From assembly GCF_030384885.1 (NCBI RefSeq), contig NZ_CP128613.1: DNA of 64,000 nucleotides; one strand, 5' to 3'. Source of the DNA: Escherichia coli. Lineage in GTDB: Bacteria; Pseudomonadota; Gammaproteobacteria; Enterobacterales; Enterobacteriaceae. The notes beneath the pieces are model-generated. The model searched no databases, was not told the origin of the DNA, and worked only from the letters and a program-made list of their open reading frames with translations. A program made the position numbers and the translations under genes. Positions 60,438-64,000 of this stretch are shown here, piece after piece (within the stretch, counting starts at the first letter, position 1; every line of letters begins with the position of its first letter).

Positions 60438-60916
60438 TGCGAATTGGACACGGTTTTGACGTACACGCCTTTGGCGGTGAAGGCCCAATTATCATTGGTG
60501 GCGTACGCATTCCTTACGAAAAAGGATTGCTGGCGCATTCTGATGGCGACGTGGCGCTCCATGCGTTGACCGATGCATTGCTTGGCGCGGCGGCGCTGGG
60601 GGATATCGGCAAACTGTTCCCGGATACCGATCCGGCATTTAAAGGTGCCGATAGCCGCGAGCTGCTACGCGAAGCCTGGCGTCGTATTCAGGCGAAGGGT
60701 TATACCCTTGGCAACGTCGATGTCACTATCATCGCTCAGGCACCGAAGATGTTGCCGCACATTCCACAAATGCGCGTGTTTATTGCCGAAGATCTCGGCT
60801 GCCATATGGATGATGTTAACGTGAAAGCCACTACTACGGAAAAACTGGGATTTACCGGACGTGGGGAAGGGATTGCCTGTGAAGCGGTGGCGCTACTCAT
60901 TAAGGCAACAAAATGA
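60437..60916 (+). CDS. ispF: 2-C-methyl-D-erythritol 2,4-cyclodiphosphate synthase
   Basis: 159-aa [42 protein letters not shown]... Confidence 0.95.
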
Positions 60917-61942
60917 TTGAGTTTGATAATCTCACTTACCTCCACGGTAAACCGCAAGGTACCGGGCTGCTGAAAGCCAATCCGGAAGACTTTGTGGTGG
61001 TGGAAGATTTGGGCTTTGAGCCTGATGGTGAAGGTGAGCATATTCTGGTTAGAATCCTCAAAAACGGCTGTAATACCCGTTTTGTGGCGGATGCACTGGC
61101 GAAATTCCTGAAAATTCATGCCCGTGAAGTCAGCTTCGCTGGGCAAAAAGATAAACATGCTGTTACGGAACAGTGGTTTTGTGCACGAGTGCCAGGTAAA
61201 GAGATGCCGGATCTCAGTGCTTTTCAACTGGAAGGTTGTCAGGTGCTGGAGTATGCGCGACACAAGCGTAAGTTACGTTTAGGCGCGCTGAAAGGTAACG
61301 CCTTTACCCTGGTTCTGCGCGAAGTGAGCAATCGCGATGACGTTGAACAACGTCTGATCGATATTTGCGTAAAAGGTGTACCGAACTACTTCGGTGCCCA
61401 ACGTTTTGGGATTGGCGGTAGCAACTTGCAGGGCGCGCTGCGCTGGGCGCAAACCAATACTTCGGTGCGCGATCGCAATAAACGGAGTTTTTGGTTGTCG
61501 GCAGCCCGCAGTGCGTTGTTTAATCAGATTGTTGCTGAGCGCCTCAAAAAAGCAGACGTTAATCAAGTTGTTGACGGCGATGCGCTACAATTAGCCGGAC
61601 GTGGTAGCTGGTTTGTTGCAACCACCGAAGAACTGGCGGAATTACAGCGTCGCGTCAACGATAAAGAGCTAATGATAACCGCCGCATTGCCGGGCAGTGG
61701 CGAATGGGGAACTCAGCGTGAAGCGCTGGCATTCGAACAAGCAGCTGTCGCCGCAGAAACTGAATTACAAGCCTTACTGGTGCGCGAAAAAGTTGAAGCC
61801 GCGCGCAGAGCGATGCTGCTGTATCCGCAACAATTAAGCTGGAACTGGTGGGATGACGTCACCGTAGAAATCCGTTTCTGGCTTCCGGCGGGAAGTTTTG
61901 CAACCAGCGTTGTCAGGGAACTTATCAACACAACAGGTGATT

Positions 61943-61962
<20 letters not shown>
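60913..61962 (+). CDS. truD: tRNA pseudouridine(13) synthase
   Basis: 349-aa [48 protein letters not shown]... Confidence 0.92.
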
Positions 61963-63324
<1,362 letters not shown>

Positions 63325-63463
63325 AACGTGAGGAAATACCTGGATTTTTCCTGGTTATTTTGCCGCAGGTCAGCGTATCGTGAACATCTTTTCCAGTGTT
63401 CAGTATGGTGCCTTGCACGGTAATTATGTCACTGGTTATTAACCAATTTTTCCTGGGGGATAA

Positions 63464-64000
63464 ATGAGCGCGGGAAGCCCAAAATTCACCGTTCGCCGCA
63501 TTGCGGCTTTGTCACTGGTTTCGCTATGGCTGGCAGGCTGTTCTGACACTTCAAATCCACCGGCACCGGTCAGCTCCGTTAATGGCAATGCGTCTGCAAA
63601 CACCAATTCTGGTATGTTGATTACGCCGCCGCCGAAAATGGGTACGACGTCTACAACGCAGCAACCGCAAATTCAGCCGGTACAGCAGCCACAAATTCAA
63701 TCTGCACAACAACCGCAAATCCAGCCGGTGCAGCCAGTTGCTCAGCCGCCGGTACAGATGGAAAACGGACGCATCGTCTACAACCGTCAGTATGGGAACA
63801 TTCCGAAAGGCAGTTATAGCGGCAGTACATACACCGTGAAAAAAGGCGACACACTTTTCTATATCGCCTGGATTACTGGCAATGATTTCCGTGACCTTGC
63901 TCAGCGCAACAATATTCAGGCGCCATACGCGCTGAATGTAGGTCAGACCTTACAGGTGGGTAATGCTTCCGGTACGCCAATCACTGGCGGAAATGCCATT
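63464..64000 (+). CDS. nlpD: Murein hydrolase activator lipoprotein NlpD, N-terminal part (gene runs off the window end)
   Basis: ATG at 63464 gives [35 protein letters not shown]... with a Q/P-rich repeat region; frame open to the window end. Confidence 0.85.
   Translation, partial: MSAGSPKFTVRRIAALSLVSLWLAGCSDTSNPPAPVSSVNGNASANTNSGMLITPPPKMGTTSTTQQPQIQPVQQPQIQSAQQPQIQPVQPVAQPPVQMENGRIVYNRQYGNIPKGSYSGSTYTVKKGDTLFYIAWITGNDFRDLAQRNNIQAPYALNVGQTLQVGNASGTPITGGNAI

Overview
This window reads as an Escherichia coli-type chromosomal segment, running from fucP to nlpD in the reverse orientation to the K-12 MG1655 map. Gene calls rest on the supplied six-frame translations, which I recognise as well-known enterobacterial proteins, plus direct reading of start codons, repeats and hairpins; no database search was run, and coordinates of non-ORF features are good to about ±3 nt. 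Most of the window is core genome: fucP-fucAO, xni, sdaCB, ppnN, queF, syd, the CsrB sRNA, yqcC-truC-yqcA, gudPXD, barA, rlmD, relA, mazG, pyrG, eno, queE, queD, cysJIH, cysDNC, ygbE, ftsB, ispDF, truD, surE, pcm and the start of nlpD. Four regions look accessory or unusual. (1) A translationally coupled operon of a LemA lipoprotein and three tandem TPM-domain membrane paralogs sits between eno and queE. (2) A type I-E CRISPR-Cas locus has decayed: cas3 is truncated after helicase motif III and runs straight into a casD remnant, with cse1, cse2 and cas7 absent, while cas6e, cas1, cas2 and two arrays (15 and 5 spacers) plus a degenerate mini-array remain. (3) The ygc catabolic island has a divergent control region with a perfect CRP site flanked by two matching leader terminators, and the island encodes a GlpP-like antiterminator. 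(4) A Hok-family toxin lies between cysH and cas3, and the mazEF module expected between relA and mazG is missing. The LemA/TPM operon and the ygc leader-terminator pair are the best candidates for undescribed biology.
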